NCBI GenBank assembly: GCA_050173015.1
Contig: JBFXLE010000001.1
Span: 256,001-320,000, forward strand
Length of the DNA: 64,000 nucleotides
Origin: Calditrichaceae bacterium
GTDB lineage: Bacteria > Calditrichota > Calditrichia > Calditrichales > JBFXGD01
Direction: 5' to 3'
Below, piece by piece: positions 1 through 9,944 of this stretch (positions within the stretch are counted from its first letter, which is position 1; each line of letters opens with the position of its first letter). Both the position numbers and the translations under genes were made by a program. Under the pieces are notes generated by a model, which did not search any database, had not been told where the DNA came from, and worked only from the letters and a program-made list of their open reading frames with translations.

Positions 1-1
1 A

Positions 2-616
2 ATATTTATCCGCCAGGGGTACGGTTTAACGGAGGTCGGCCCAAATTGTTTTTCACTGCACCAGGATGACGCCATTCGCAAAAAGGGTTCCATCGGATTT
101 CCCAATTTTTATATCAATGCGAAAATTATGGATGAGAACGGAAATGAGCAGGGAATAAATGAGCCCGGCGAACTATGGCTGAAATCTCCCGTGGTGACAC
201 CCGGTTACTGGCGAAAGGAGAAAGAGACGCGCGAGGCGATCACTGACGGATGGTTTCATACGGGTGACATCGTAAGAAAGGATGACGAAGGATATTTTTA
301 CGTGGTGGACAGAAAGAAAAACATGTTTATCAGCGGCGGAGAAAATGTATATCCTGCGGAAGTGGAAAAATATCTCTACACGATTTCGGGAATCAAAGAA
401 GTGGCCGTTATAGGTGTGCATGACGAAAAATGGGGAGAAGTCGGGAAAGCGTTTGTTGTTTTAGAGACAAAGGCAAAACTGACTGAACAGGAAATTTTGA
501 ACAACTGTAAAGGAAAACTGGCGAAATACAAGATACCAAAGTATGTCCGGCAGATCGATGCCCTGCCAAAAAACGAGGCAGGCAAAATTGACAGAAAGGC
601 CTTAAGAAAACTATAA
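2..616 (+). CDS. Acyl-CoA synthetase / AMP-binding enzyme, 5'-truncated by the window edge
   Basis: Frame is open from base 2 (IFIRQGYGLTEVGPNCF). It contains GWFHTGD, VDRKKNMFISGGENVYPAEVE and LPKNEAGK adenylation motifs. Confidence 0.93.
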   Translation: MFIRQGYGLTEVGPNCFSLHQDDAIRKKGSIGFPNFYINAKIMDENGNEQGINEPGELWLKSPVVTPGYWRKEKETREAITDGWFHTGDIVRKDDEGYFYVVDRKKNMFISGGENVYPAEVEKYLYTISGIKEVAVIGVHDEKWGEVGKAFVVLETKAKLTEQEILNNCKGKLAKYKIPKYVRQIDALPKNEAGKIDRKALRKL

Positions 617-654
617 AAACGCTATCAATTAACCCTTAATTGGAGGAAAAGAAA

Positions 655-1146
655 ATGAAGCGTATCATTATTTTATCGTTAGTTGTTATGGGGATGCTGT
701 TTATGGCGTCCTGCAGCAGTGATGACGGCGGAACAAACAGTACTGTGGAAGTGGATGCCTGGGTTGGCACATGGCTTAGCGCCGGTCCAAATGTAGCGCC
801 TCTGCTGGTGGCTCTTTTTAACTATGACAGTGTCCGCGTTGAACTAACCGAGCAGAACACGGTGAAAACCAGCTCACACGTAAAGGACGGGGCATGGAAT
901 ACCGTTGAGGGTACATTCGCGGTAACTGAATCAGCTTCCGGCGATGTTCACACTGTAAAATTTGTTTATGCCGCGTTTGAACAGGAAGGTATTTTTCAGA
1001 TTATTGACGCGACACCGGATACTTTGAAACTTGAAGTAGTTCAGACTCTTCCTGACATCGGCGCCACCCCGAGAACTGAGGCTACAGGATTTGGATCCGA
1101 TCCGGCATTAGGCACCTTTAATATTCAGTACTACGTAAAAGAATAG
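655..1146 (+). CDS. Lipoprotein of unknown function
   Basis: ATG at 655 follows GGAGG. The signal peptide ends in lipobox MASC, followed by a low-complexity linker (SSDDGG). Confidence 0.8.
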   Translation: MKRIIILSLVVMGMLFMASCSSDDGGTNSTVEVDAWVGTWLSAGPNVAPLLVALFNYDSVRVELTEQNTVKTSSHVKDGAWNTVEGTFAVTESASGDVHTVKFVYAAFEQEGIFQIIDATPDTLKLEVVQTLPDIGATPRTEATGFGSDPALGTFNIQYYVKE

Positions 1147-1159
1147 GCGCTAATTACAG

Positions 1160-1194
1160 AATCTCCCTCCGCGGGAGGGAGATTTCTTCCTTTT
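1160..1194 (+). terminator. Intra-operon GC-rich hairpin (weak terminator or mRNA stabiliser)
   Basis: AATCTCCCTCC-GCG-GGAGGGAGATT followed by a broken T tract. Confidence 0.55.
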
Positions 1195-1218
1195 GAAAAC
1201 TAAAATAAGAGTGACATT

Positions 1219-2757
1219 ATGAAACGAATCAGTCTTTTCATAATATCGGTGTTTCTGCTTTCTTCAAATATATTTGCTCAGGTGGATGAAGCTTTCACGG
1301 AAAAAAAAGAAAAAGACGAGAAAAGTGAATTCACCTTTATCGGGTATTACTTTATGCGCACCGAGCAGTCCAATGTGGCTCCGACAAATGAATTCTTGAA
1401 GGGTCAGGTCGTCGGACGCCTGTTTGGAGGCAATACAACGAAAACATCAGACCGTGTTTCATCGTTTACCGAACAGCGGTTCATTCCCATCATTGCCTAC
1501 ACGCCGCGTCTGTTTGACGGCTGGGCAACCATGCGTATGAGTTTTGAATTTGACTGGACCTGGGGGGATGCCAATTACGGCGCCGGAGGAAATTTTGGCG
1601 GCGCTTTCGGAGCAGACTTTGTAAACATGCAGACGCAGAATCTCTACATTGAATTCCGTCCTCAGAAAAATCTGTTTGTCAACGCTGGTTTAACCCGTTT
1701 GTTTGACAATGTCAGCGTTCCGGCCTACACGCCCACAAGCTATCTTGTGAATACCGGTTATCGCCTGGCATTCTGGGGTTCTGATGCTTCGGGTATTACT
1801 ACACATTATTTGAAGAATAATCAACGCATGAAAGCCGGTGTTTATCAGCTTTATGAAAACAATGTCGAGCAAAATGATGATGTTGTCCTGTTTGAAACAG
1901 ATTATGAATACGATCTGGACATTATCAATTCTGTCGGCGTTTCGGCCTGGTATTTAAAGGACAGGGGCAATGGTGAGGGTGGAGTCTCCATTCTTGGTCA
2001 GGGATTAAATTCAGCGTTGAGCAATTATAACGGCGTTTTTAATTTCAACTTTGGAAATGAGGATTACACGGCGGATATCATCTGGCTGGGAACTCATTTT
2101 CATGGTAATCCCTTGCTAAACCAGGGGCGATTCGGCTATAGCGGTTTCGCGGTCACAAACCTTGGAAAGGCTGAGTCCGAATCGCATTCAGTGGATATCG
2201 CCGGATTCGCGGGCAACCTGCGTCTGGCCTATAAGTACGGAAAAAACGCAAACGATCATCTGGCGCTGGACGGGATATTTACCTCGGGTGATGAAAAAAA
2301 TATTTCCGATGGGAAATATACGGGTGTTCTCACCGGCAATAACTGGACAGCTCCCGGGGCTGTTTTCTTCAGTCACGGTCTCTATCTGCTGCTTCCGCAT
2401 GGAAATGTGGTGAATCGTTTTAACGCCGCTGTTATCGATATCCAGAATGTCGGCTACGGTCTTGCGGCCGGTTCTCTCACCGGTTCGTATGATATCGTTC
2501 CGAACAAATTCAAAGCGAAGGTCGGACTTGGCGCGGGTTACTCCGCGGTCTCACCGGCGCAGGGTGGAAACTATATCGGCTCCGAAATCAACCTCAACTT
2601 ATTGTATCGTCCGAAAGTATATATGGATATGGAGCTGCACGCGGCATATCTGGCATTGGGTGACTTTTTTGATGCACCTGAACTAAACGGTAACCGGACC
2701 AGTCGTCCCAAGGATCCCTGGACGGTATTTGCCACACTTAAGTGGATAATGTTTTAA
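1219..2757 (+). CDS. Putative outer-membrane beta-barrel protein
   Basis: Signal peptide, alternating amphipathic beta strands, Gly/Asn/aromatic-rich sequence, C-terminal LKWIMF (terminal Phe). Confidence 0.75.
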   Translation: MKRISLFIISVFLLSSNIFAQVDEAFTEKKEKDEKSEFTFIGYYFMRTEQSNVAPTNEFLKGQVVGRLFGGNTTKTSDRVSSFTEQRFIPIIAYTPRLFDGWATMRMSFEFDWTWGDANYGAGGNFGGAFGADFVNMQTQNLYIEFRPQKNLFVNAGLTRLFDNVSVPAYTPTSYLVNTGYRLAFWGSDASGITTHYLKNNQRMKAGVYQLYENNVEQNDDVVLFETDYEYDLDIINSVGVSAWYLKDRGNGEGGVSILGQGLNSALSNYNGVFNFNFGNEDYTADIIWLGTHFHGNPLLNQGRFGYSGFAVTNLGKAESESHSVDIAGFAGNLRLAYKYGKNANDHLALDGIFTSGDEKNISDGKYTGVLTGNNWTAPGAVFFSHGLYLLLPHGNVVNRFNAAVIDIQNVGYGLAAGSLTGSYDIVPNKFKAKVGLGAGYSAVSPAQGGNYIGSEINLNLLYRPKVYMDMELHAAYLALGDFFDAPELNGNRTSRPKDPWTVFATLKWIMF

Positions 2758-2767
2758 GGGGTGTGGA

Positions 2768-3724
2768 ATGAAAAAAATAATAACATTACTTATCACGGTG
2801 ATCATTGCCATGGCATTTTCCGGATGCGCGACATCGCGGTATTATAAGCTGCCCGCCGCTGAATTTGATGACATCGATTATGGATTCCCTGTCAAAAAAG
2901 TACAGGTTCGCAATATTAAGGTGGCAGTTATCGATCAGGGCAGCGGCGAAAAGACAGTCATGCTGATCCATGGCCTGGGTACGAACGCGAAAGGCTGGAT
3001 AAAAAATATCCCGGTTCTGGCGAAATCTTACAGAGTCATCGCGGTGGATTTGCCGGGTTATGGAAAATCGGATAAAGGGTATTATCAGTATTCTATGGAT
3101 TTCTACGCGCAAGTGCTTACTGAATTGCTGACAAATCTTGGAGTGGAGAAAGCAACGCTGATCGGTCATTCAATGGGCGGGCAGATCGCGATGACCGCGG
3201 CGCTGAATTATCCGGACAAAGTTGAGAATCTGGTTCTGGTATCTCCCGCGGGATTTGAGCGGTTCACAGAGGGTGAAGGCGACTGGATGAGAAAAGCGGT
3301 GTCCGCCGAGTTTGTAAAAAATACAACAACCAGAAGTGTTGATGTTAACCTGAAAGCCAACTTTTATGAGACACCGGAAGATGTGGATTTCATGATCACG
3401 GACAGAATTCAAATAAAGGGCGCTTCCGATTTTGATGATTACTGTTACGCGGTTTCAAAGAATGTGGGGGCGATGCTGGACGGTATTGTATGGGACCGGC
3501 TTGATAAAATCATGCAGCCCACACTGATTATCTTTGGTGAAAACGACGGACTGATACCAAATCCCTATCTTCACGGCGGTAAAACCATCGATGTGGCGAA
3601 AATCGGCGACAGTGAAATTCCAAACAGCAAATTGATCATGATTCCCAAATGCGGTCATTTTGTACAATTTGAAAAATCCGAAGCCGCAAATAACGCCATT
3701 TTGGAATTTCTCTCCGAAAAATAA
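2768..3724 (+). CDS. Alpha/beta hydrolase lipoprotein (esterase-like)
   Basis: Lipobox FSGC; HGLG, DLPGYGKS, nucleophile GHSMGG, GENDGL and CGHFVQ motifs. Confidence 0.9.
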   Translation: MKKIITLLITVIIAMAFSGCATSRYYKLPAAEFDDIDYGFPVKKVQVRNIKVAVIDQGSGEKTVMLIHGLGTNAKGWIKNIPVLAKSYRVIAVDLPGYGKSDKGYYQYSMDFYAQVLTELLTNLGVEKATLIGHSMGGQIAMTAALNYPDKVENLVLVSPAGFERFTEGEGDWMRKAVSAEFVKNTTTRSVDVNLKANFYETPEDVDFMITDRIQIKGASDFDDYCYAVSKNVGAMLDGIVWDRLDKIMQPTLIIFGENDGLIPNPYLHGGKTIDVAKIGDSEIPNSKLIMIPKCGHFVQFEKSEAANNAILEFLSEK

Positions 3725-3743
3725 AACTCCTAAAGAAACAATT

Positions 3744-3779
3744 TCACGCGCCGGTTAAATAATGCCGGCGTGTGATTTT
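3744..3779 (+). terminator. Rho-independent terminator
   Basis: TCACGCGCCGG...CCGGCGTGTGA-TTTT just after the hydrolase stop. Confidence 0.7.
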
Positions 3780-3919
3780 GTATTAGCTTTTTTCCGCATC
3801 ATTTATTCACCGGAATCATTGGAATATGATTCGCTGCATATCTCCATTTGATCCACCCACTATTATATGGAAAACTCATCAAGTTAGACGTGTCATCTTT
3901 TTTGGTTTTGCATTAAAAC

Positions 3920-4150
3920 GTGATAGATAACCGGGTAGGGGCAGTATATCACCACGAAAGAACGGTATCTGACCGGGAAGGAATGATGTTTGACTATGAA
4001 GGGATGATATATTACCGCGTAGGAACGATAAATGACCGAGAAGGAATGATATATTACTGTGAAGGAACGATATATGACCGCGTAGGAACGATATGTTACC
4101 ACGAAGGAGCGATATATAACCTCGTAGAGATGAAAAATGCCCGACAGGAG
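3920..4150. repeat. Degenerate 21-bp tandem repeat, about 11 units plus decayed copies to about 4190
   Basis: Units in phase from 3920 give consensus AYGATATATKACCGCGWAGGA (e.g. ATGATATATTACCGCGTAGGA, ACGATAAATGACCGAGAAGGA, ACGATATATGACCGCGTAGGA). Confidence 0.9.
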
Positions 4151-4413
4151 AGATATATGCCCGTTTAGTAACAAATAATGACCCAATAGTGTCAATATCT
4201 TGCCGGAAAAAACAGTATTTGGGTAAAATATGCCATTAAACAGCTCAATATTCTAAAAAAGTTGTAAAAATGCAAAATAGGCTATTCCGAACGTTTGCAA
4301 TTTATATATTATTTTGTAAGTTTGACACTTTTTAAGATTGGCGGGTTCATCGGCCATTCGACGGACAATAATACAATTAAATAAATGGAATTATTATCAA
4401 AGGAAAAGGAATT

Positions 4414-5085
4414 ATGAAAAACAATTTTCAATTCGCTTTTAAAACAATGCTTGTATTCATTATGGGATTCGGTATCACCTCCTCATTCGCCGCCGATCAG
4501 GGATGGAACACAAAAAGTCTTTCATTAAAAGCAAATGACAAACTGACTTTGGCCTTAAGTCAGGAGAGCCGTTATCAGGAACTGACCTATCTCGGATCTT
4601 CATTTCTCAGCAATGTACAGGCGGGGTTTATTTACAAATTGCCTCATAACCTCTATATCGGGCTCGCGTACAAAAGAGAGCATCAGGAAAGATCAACTTT
4701 TACAAGTTATGATAACCGTATCATCGTGGATTCCGGCAGGAAATCGAATATCACTGGCAATCTGAATCTTGATACCCGTTTGCGTTTTGAATTCAGAAAT
4801 TATGAGCAGCCGCAATTGGAAGATCATATGATGTACCGTTTGATGTTTAAGTTTTCGTATAAGCTCAAATTAGGCAATTTGAATCTATCGCCGTTTATTG
4901 CTTCCGAGCCTTTCGGCGATACGAAGGATGCCAGCCAGCAGTTCATAAACCGGCATCGTTTGTATGCCGGGACCGGTGTTTCTTTAATGGAACATGTGGG
5001 GTTTGTCGTAAATTATATCCGTCAGGATCTAAAACATTCAGAAACTCTGCATATCCTGAGTACCGGAATCAAACTGAGTTTTTAA
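4414..5085 (+). CDS. DUF2490-like outer-membrane beta-barrel protein
   Basis: Signal peptide; RLRFEFR, YRLMFK, PFIASEPF and RHRLYAG patterns; C-terminal IKLSF. Confidence 0.75.
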   Translation: MKNNFQFAFKTMLVFIMGFGITSSFAADQGWNTKSLSLKANDKLTLALSQESRYQELTYLGSSFLSNVQAGFIYKLPHNLYIGLAYKREHQERSTFTSYDNRIIVDSGRKSNITGNLNLDTRLRFEFRNYEQPQLEDHMMYRLMFKFSYKLKLGNLNLSPFIASEPFGDTKDASQQFINRHRLYAGTGVSLMEHVGFVVNYIRQDLKHSETLHILSTGIKLSF

Positions 5086-5105
5086 GCCGAGTCACATAAA
5101 ATTAG

Positions 5106-5145
5106 AAAAGAGACTGACCGCGTTAACCCGGTCAGTCTTTTTTTT
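5106..5145. terminator. Bidirectional terminator between convergent genes
   Basis: AAAAG-AGACTGACCG...CGGTCAGTCT-TTTTTTT. Confidence 0.8.
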
Positions 5146-6376
5146 ATTCATAAATTTTTTCATCTACCGCATCCGATTCCGGCGCGACATTCTCCATGTC
5201 CCGCGCGCCGGATTCTGCGCCGAGCAACTCCCTGTAATATTCATGCTGAATAATGAGATTCATAATTTCATTGGTGCCTGTCCATATCATCATCAGACGC
5301 GAATCACGCAGCATCCTCTCAACCGGGAAAATATTCGTATAGCCGATGCCGCCGAGAATCTGCATGGCGTGATTGATGACTTTCCATGATGTTTCGGTGG
5401 CAAACTTTTTTGATTCAGATACTAACCGGCGTGTGTATCCCGTGTTACCCATATTATCCGCTGCCGATGCCGCGGCGAAAATCAGTCCTCGAGCCGCGTC
5501 AAGTTGAGTGATACTTTCCGTTATCTGAAAATTCACACCCTGAAAATCCCGAATCTTCTGACCGAATGCTTTTCTCTTATCGCTGTATCTTGCCGCTATT
5601 TCTATGGCAGCGCGGGCCAGACCTATGGCGCCGGCCGCTGTCGTCATCCTTTCGGGAATCATCATTTGATAAAATATTTCCTTCCCCCTGTTTTCTCCGA
5701 GAAGAATATTTTCTTCGTGGACCACCGTGTCCTTAAAGATCAATCTGCCGGCTCCGCCTCCTCTTGTTCCCATTAATCCGTAAAGGTATTTTACCTCAAC
5801 TCCCATATCCCGTTCAACAATAAACGCGCTCAGCGACTTTGAAGGATGATCATCGGCGGTTTTGGCATAAACGAGGAAGATATCCGCGCCTTCCGCCCCT
5901 ACTACAAATCTTTTTTGTCCGTTAAGAATATAGGAATTTCCTTTTTTAACCGCGGTTGTTGTCGCTCCGAAAAAATCCGATCCGCCGCGGGGTTCGGTTA
6001 ACGCCTCAGCGCAGAAAAGTTCACCGCGCAGCAGGGGGGCAAGATATTTTTGTTTTTGCGATTCATTCCCAAAGATGTGCAGGGCTTCGCCTACAATGCT
6101 GACAAGAGAATAGAGACAGGCCAGGGAAGCGCCAAGCACGCCGACTTCTTCCAGAGCGATAATTTCATCAATCCATTTTAATCCTCTGCCGCCGTATTGT
6201 TTGCCAAATCGTAATCCCAATAGCTGAGACCCCGCTGCGGAAATTAAGAATTCCCTCGGGTATTGTACTTTTTCTTCATCCATTTCCAAAAGCAGTTCGC
6301 CGGGTATGCTCTTTACGAATAACCTCGTTTCTTCACGCAGTTTTTTTTGATGCTCTGATAACAATGCTTCAATCAT
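5144..6376 (-). CDS. Acyl-CoA dehydrogenase
   Basis: [34 protein letters not shown] and IWTGTNEI motifs. Confidence 0.93.
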   Translation of the reverse strand: MIEALLSEHQKKLREETRLFVKSIPGELLLEMDEEKVQYPREFLISAAGSQLLGLRFGKQYGGRGLKWIDEIIALEEVGVLGASLACLYSLVSIVGEALHIFGNESQKQKYLAPLLRGELFCAEALTEPRGGSDFFGATTTAVKKGNSYILNGQKRFVVGAEGADIFLVYAKTADDHPSKSLSAFIVERDMGVEVKYLYGLMGTRGGGAGRLIFKDTVVHEENILLGENRGKEIFYQMMIPERMTTAAGAIGLARAAIEIAARYSDKRKAFGQKIRDFQGVNFQITESITQLDAARGLIFAAASAADNMGNTGYTRRLVSESKKFATETSWKVINHAMQILGGIGYTNIFPVERMLRDSRLMMIWTGTNEIMNLIIQHEYYRELLGAESGARDMENVAPESDAVDEKIYE

Positions 6377-6606
6377 TTTGACCTCTGTAAATGTTTATAA
6401 ATGAGATTAATTCTATCCGTTTATGTGTTTAAATTGTCAAATTCAATCAAAACCATGCGCTGATTTGTCCACGAATGAATGAAAATTCGGAGAGTTAACA
6501 ACATCATTTTATTGAAGGACGCGCAAAATATCAAGAGGAAATTGAATCCGTTTGTCATTTAATTGCAGGTGGTTTATATTTAATTTTAAAAAAATCGAAG
6601 AAAATA

Positions 6607-7329
6607 ATGAATATTGATCTCTCAGGCGCTTTCTTGATAGGATTATTGGGTAGTTTCAGCCATTGCATCGGTATGTGCGGCGGATTTATTATGGCTTATT
6701 CATTAAAATTGCCGCCGTTAAATCTTTCTTCCGGTTCGTTCAGGAACCGTTTAAATAATCTGTTTCCGCACCTGCTGTATAATTCAGGCCGGATACTGAC
6801 CTATACATTTCTTGGGGAGGTATTCGGATTGCTTGGGAGCACGATCGGCGTTGTTCTGGCAATCCGGGATTTTCAGGGGATCCTGCAGATATTCGCCGGT
6901 GTGGTGATGCTGCTGATGGGGCTTGATCTGGCCGGTATTCTCCGGGGTTTTTCACCGGAATCGTTTCCAGGTTTTGGTTACTTCCGAAAATTGGTTGATT
7001 ATCTTTTGAATCGTCTTGACCGGAAAAATGTTTTTGTGCTTGGAATCGTTCTGGGATTTATCCCGTGCGGATTGGTTTACTCGGTCGGCGCTGCCGCGGC
7101 GGCAACCGGCAGTGTCTGGAAAGGGGCCCTGGTGATGATGGTGTTTGGTATCGGCACGATGCCCGCGCTGATATTGATCGGTTTGACCGCGAATCTGTTT
7201 TCGGCTAAATTGAAACACAGGATGTTCAGGCTCGCCGCTTTAATCGTGGTATTACTCGGGGCACTTACTTTTCTCCGGGGGATCGATTCGATGGGCTGGG
7301 TTCACTTGTACTGGCTTTCAAAATTATAG
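6607..7329 (+). CDS. DsbD_2 / TauE-SafE-like membrane protein
   Basis: HCIGMCGG, YNSGRILTY, PCGLVY and FGIGTMP motifs; multiple TM segments. Confidence 0.85.
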   Translation: MNIDLSGAFLIGLLGSFSHCIGMCGGFIMAYSLKLPPLNLSSGSFRNRLNNLFPHLLYNSGRILTYTFLGEVFGLLGSTIGVVLAIRDFQGILQIFAGVVMLLMGLDLAGILRGFSPESFPGFGYFRKLVDYLLNRLDRKNVFVLGIVLGFIPCGLVYSVGAAAAATGSVWKGALVMMVFGIGTMPALILIGLTANLFSAKLKHRMFRLAALIVVLLGALTFLRGIDSMGWVHLYWLSKL

Positions 7330-7336
7330 GGCGGAT

Positions 7337-7837
7337 ATGAAAGAAATCTACATGTTGACGGGGCCTGTTCGGAGCGGTAAGACGACAAAACTCACTGAAT
7401 GGTGCGAAAAACAAAAAAGCGTGGATGGTATTCTTGCTCCGATTGTCAATGACATGCGGCATCTGCATCATTTTGGATCAGGCGTCCTGAAAAGACTTGA
7501 AACGGATCAGAAAAGTGAAGAAACAATCCAAATCGGACGCTATAATTTTGATCCGGAAGTTTTTGACTGGGCGAAAGAAAGGCTGAATTCACTGCCATTA
7601 CAAAAATTGCATTGGCTGGTGATTGACGAAATAGGGCCGCTCGAACTAAGGAGACAGGGTCTTGAATCAGCCGTTTCCATGATTTTAGATCAGCGGTCGA
7701 ACTATCAAAATCTATCGGTGGTTCTGGTGGTGAGAGAACAACTGTTAAGGGATGTTATCAGTCATTATCAGTTAACGGACATTAAATTACATATCATTCG
7801 CGATGTTGAATTTTTACAGGATAGTTTAGGCAGATAA
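7337..7837 (+). CDS. THEP1-like nucleoside triphosphatase
   Basis: Walker A TGPVRSGKTT, IGRYNF and Walker B VIDEIGPLEL. Confidence 0.8.
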   Translation: MKEIYMLTGPVRSGKTTKLTEWCEKQKSVDGILAPIVNDMRHLHHFGSGVLKRLETDQKSEETIQIGRYNFDPEVFDWAKERLNSLPLQKLHWLVIDEIGPLELRRQGLESAVSMILDQRSNYQNLSVVLVVREQLLRDVISHYQLTDIKLHIIRDVEFLQDSLGR

Positions 7838-7838
7838 A

Positions 7839-8798
7839 ATGAATAAAAATGAAGCGGGAATTTTCCCATGGGGTCATTCAAAAAGATATAATTCATTCAG
7901 TGAATATCAGAGAAAAAAGTATGGCGAACGGGTGCAGAAAGTAACGGTGGACGCTGGCTTTACCTGTCCGAACCGTGACGGATTGGTTGCAAAAGGCGGA
8001 TGTATTTACTGCAACAACGAAAGTTTTAATCCGGGTTATAATGATTCGGGTAATTCCATCTCTCATCAAATAAATGAAGGCGTGGAGTTTCTAAAACGCC
8101 GCTATAACAGGGTAAAAAAATTCATTGTCTATTTCCAGCCTTACAGCAACACTTACGCTCCCCTGGACACTCTAAAACAATATTATGAAGAGGCATTGTC
8201 TCATCCAGAAGTTATCGGGCTTACAATTGGCACGCGACCGGATTGTGTGGACGAAAAAAAAATACTTTATCTCGGGGAGCTGGCCAAAAATTATGATATT
8301 ACGGTTGAATACGGCCTCGAATCCATTTCCGATGAGACGTTAACAAGAATTAACCGCGGACATGATTTCCAATCATATCTTGACGCGGTGTCTATGACAA
8401 AAGACCGCGGTATAAAAATATGCACGCATTTAATCATAGGATTCCCCTGGGAAGACAAGCAGCATTGGTTAAGAACCGCGGAAGTGCTCTCCACCATTTC
8501 CTTTGACTTTCTGAAAATTCATCAGCTTCACATCGTCAAAGGAACGGCAATGGAGATCATGCATAAAAAGAAGCCGTTCAGTCTTTTGGGACCTCAGGAA
8601 TATATGGATGTCCTGGTCGGTTTTCTCGAAAGGCTGGATCCGGAAATCGTGATCCAGAGACTTTTTGGCGAAGCGCCGGTCAGAACACTTGTCGCTCCTA
8701 ACTGGGGCCTGCGTAATTCGGATCTGCTGCAGATGTTTGACAAGATTCTGGAAGACAGCAATGTGTGGCAGGGGAGGAAAGTGGGAAGTAAGAAGTAG
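7839..8798 (+). CDS. Radical SAM protein, TIGR01212/YhcC family
   Basis: AGFTCPNRDG...GGCIYCN, YFQPYSNTY, IGTRPDC, INRGHD and KIHQLHIVKGT motifs. Confidence 0.92.
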   Translation: MNKNEAGIFPWGHSKRYNSFSEYQRKKYGERVQKVTVDAGFTCPNRDGLVAKGGCIYCNNESFNPGYNDSGNSISHQINEGVEFLKRRYNRVKKFIVYFQPYSNTYAPLDTLKQYYEEALSHPEVIGLTIGTRPDCVDEKKILYLGELAKNYDITVEYGLESISDETLTRINRGHDFQSYLDAVSMTKDRGIKICTHLIIGFPWEDKQHWLRTAEVLSTISFDFLKIHQLHIVKGTAMEIMHKKKPFSLLGPQEYMDVLVGFLERLDPEIVIQRLFGEAPVRTLVAPNWGLRNSDLLQMFDKILEDSNVWQGRKVGSKK

Positions 8799-8888
8799 GA
8801 AGTAAGAAGTAGGAAGTAAGAAGTGGGAAGTAAGAAGTAGGAAGTAAGAAGTGGGAAGTAGGAAGTGGGAAGTAGGAAGTTGGAAGTT
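8784..8888. repeat. Heptamer tandem repeat (RGAAGTD)15
   Basis: GGAAGTA/AGAAGTA/AGAAGTG/GGAAGTG/GGAAGTT units in unbroken 7-bp phase, overlapping the radical SAM stop codon. Confidence 0.95.
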
Positions 8889-8915
8889 AAGAGTGATAGA
8901 TGAGAGTGTAAAAGA

Positions 8916-9824
8916 TTAGGGAGTGGAAGCCGGTTTTGCTGTGGAATTGCTCATCCGGACAACAGCTATTCCGCTAAAAATAATCAGCATTCCAAAGACC
9001 AATTTAAGCGTGATCGTTTCACCCATGACTATCCACCCCCAAAGAAGCGCCAGAGGCGGAGTAATGAAAGTGATCAGGGACATAAGTACAGCGGATGTGG
9101 TTTTTAGCAACCAGAAATAGAGCACAAAGGCTACCGCGGTTCCCATGATTCCCAGATAAAGGATTGACAAAACAGCCGGAATGGTAAAATCAGATTTTCC
9201 GGCGGATTCGAAAAAATAATGCAAAATAAAAAATGTAATCCCGGTATATAATAACGGTAGCGTGTTTAGTGTGACAGGGTGGTAAGTCGCCCGCGCTTTT
9301 TTCCCTATGATGGTTCCCAAAGCGGAAAAAGCGGGACTGATCAAAACTCCGATCATTCCATAAATAGCTTTGGGATGACTTATGTGCAGCTGATCACTGA
9401 ATATAACGATGATGCCCGCGAATCCGATCAATATACCAAGCATCTTTTTGAGCGTAATTTCTTCGGAAGGAAGAAACTTGATCGAAAAAACAGCCACATA
9501 AAAGGGCATAACCGAGAAAAGGACACTGGCAAGTCCCGAATTAATATACTGTTCTCCCCAGTAAACCAGGGCATATCCGCCGGAAAAATTAATCAGACTG
9601 AATGTGAGGAAAAATAGATGACTTTTTAGGTCACGGGGAAATTTCAGTTTTAGTTTATAAGCGTAGATTGTAAGAACCAGAAACGCGGTAAAGAAACGCC
9701 AGCCTGCGGATAAAAAGGGGGGAAGGGTTTCAAGGCCGATTTTAATGGCCAGCCATGTTGAGCTCCATATCAATGAGAGAATCGCGATGACAATCCATGG
9801 AAAATACTTATTATTCGTGTTCAT
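8916..9824 (-). CDS. EamA/DMT family transporter
   Basis: IWSSTWLAIK, PPFLSAGWRF and SGLASVL; about 10 TM helices in two repeats. Confidence 0.92.
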   Translation of the reverse strand: MNTNNKYFPWIVIAILSLIWSSTWLAIKIGLETLPPFLSAGWRFFTAFLVLTIYAYKLKLKFPRDLKSHLFFLTFSLINFSGGYALVYWGEQYINSGLASVLFSVMPFYVAVFSIKFLPSEEITLKKMLGILIGFAGIIVIFSDQLHISHPKAIYGMIGVLISPAFSALGTIIGKKARATYHPVTLNTLPLLYTGITFFILHYFFESAGKSDFTIPAVLSILYLGIMGTAVAFVLYFWLLKTTSAVLMSLITFITPPLALLWGWIVMGETITLKLVFGMLIIFSGIAVVRMSNSTAKPASTP

Positions 9825-9944
9825 ATCTGCCTGTCTCTAAATGGAAAGGCGAACATACTAAATTTGATATTTATTTACAAATAATTCATTTCGTACTATA
9901 TTAAAAAATTTATAATCAACCTCTTTCTTATTCGGGGACACTTC

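Noticed and set aside
3920-4168. 21-bp array as a CRISPR array or DGR repeat, and the + strand 82-aa ORF as its product
   Set aside because: Units are contiguous with no unique spacers, and no cas or reverse transcriptase gene is in the window. Variation is mostly non-synonymous in the + frame.
4320-4413. Riboswitch upstream of the DUF2490 gene
   Set aside because: There is a short GC-richer patch, but I could not match it to any known motif.
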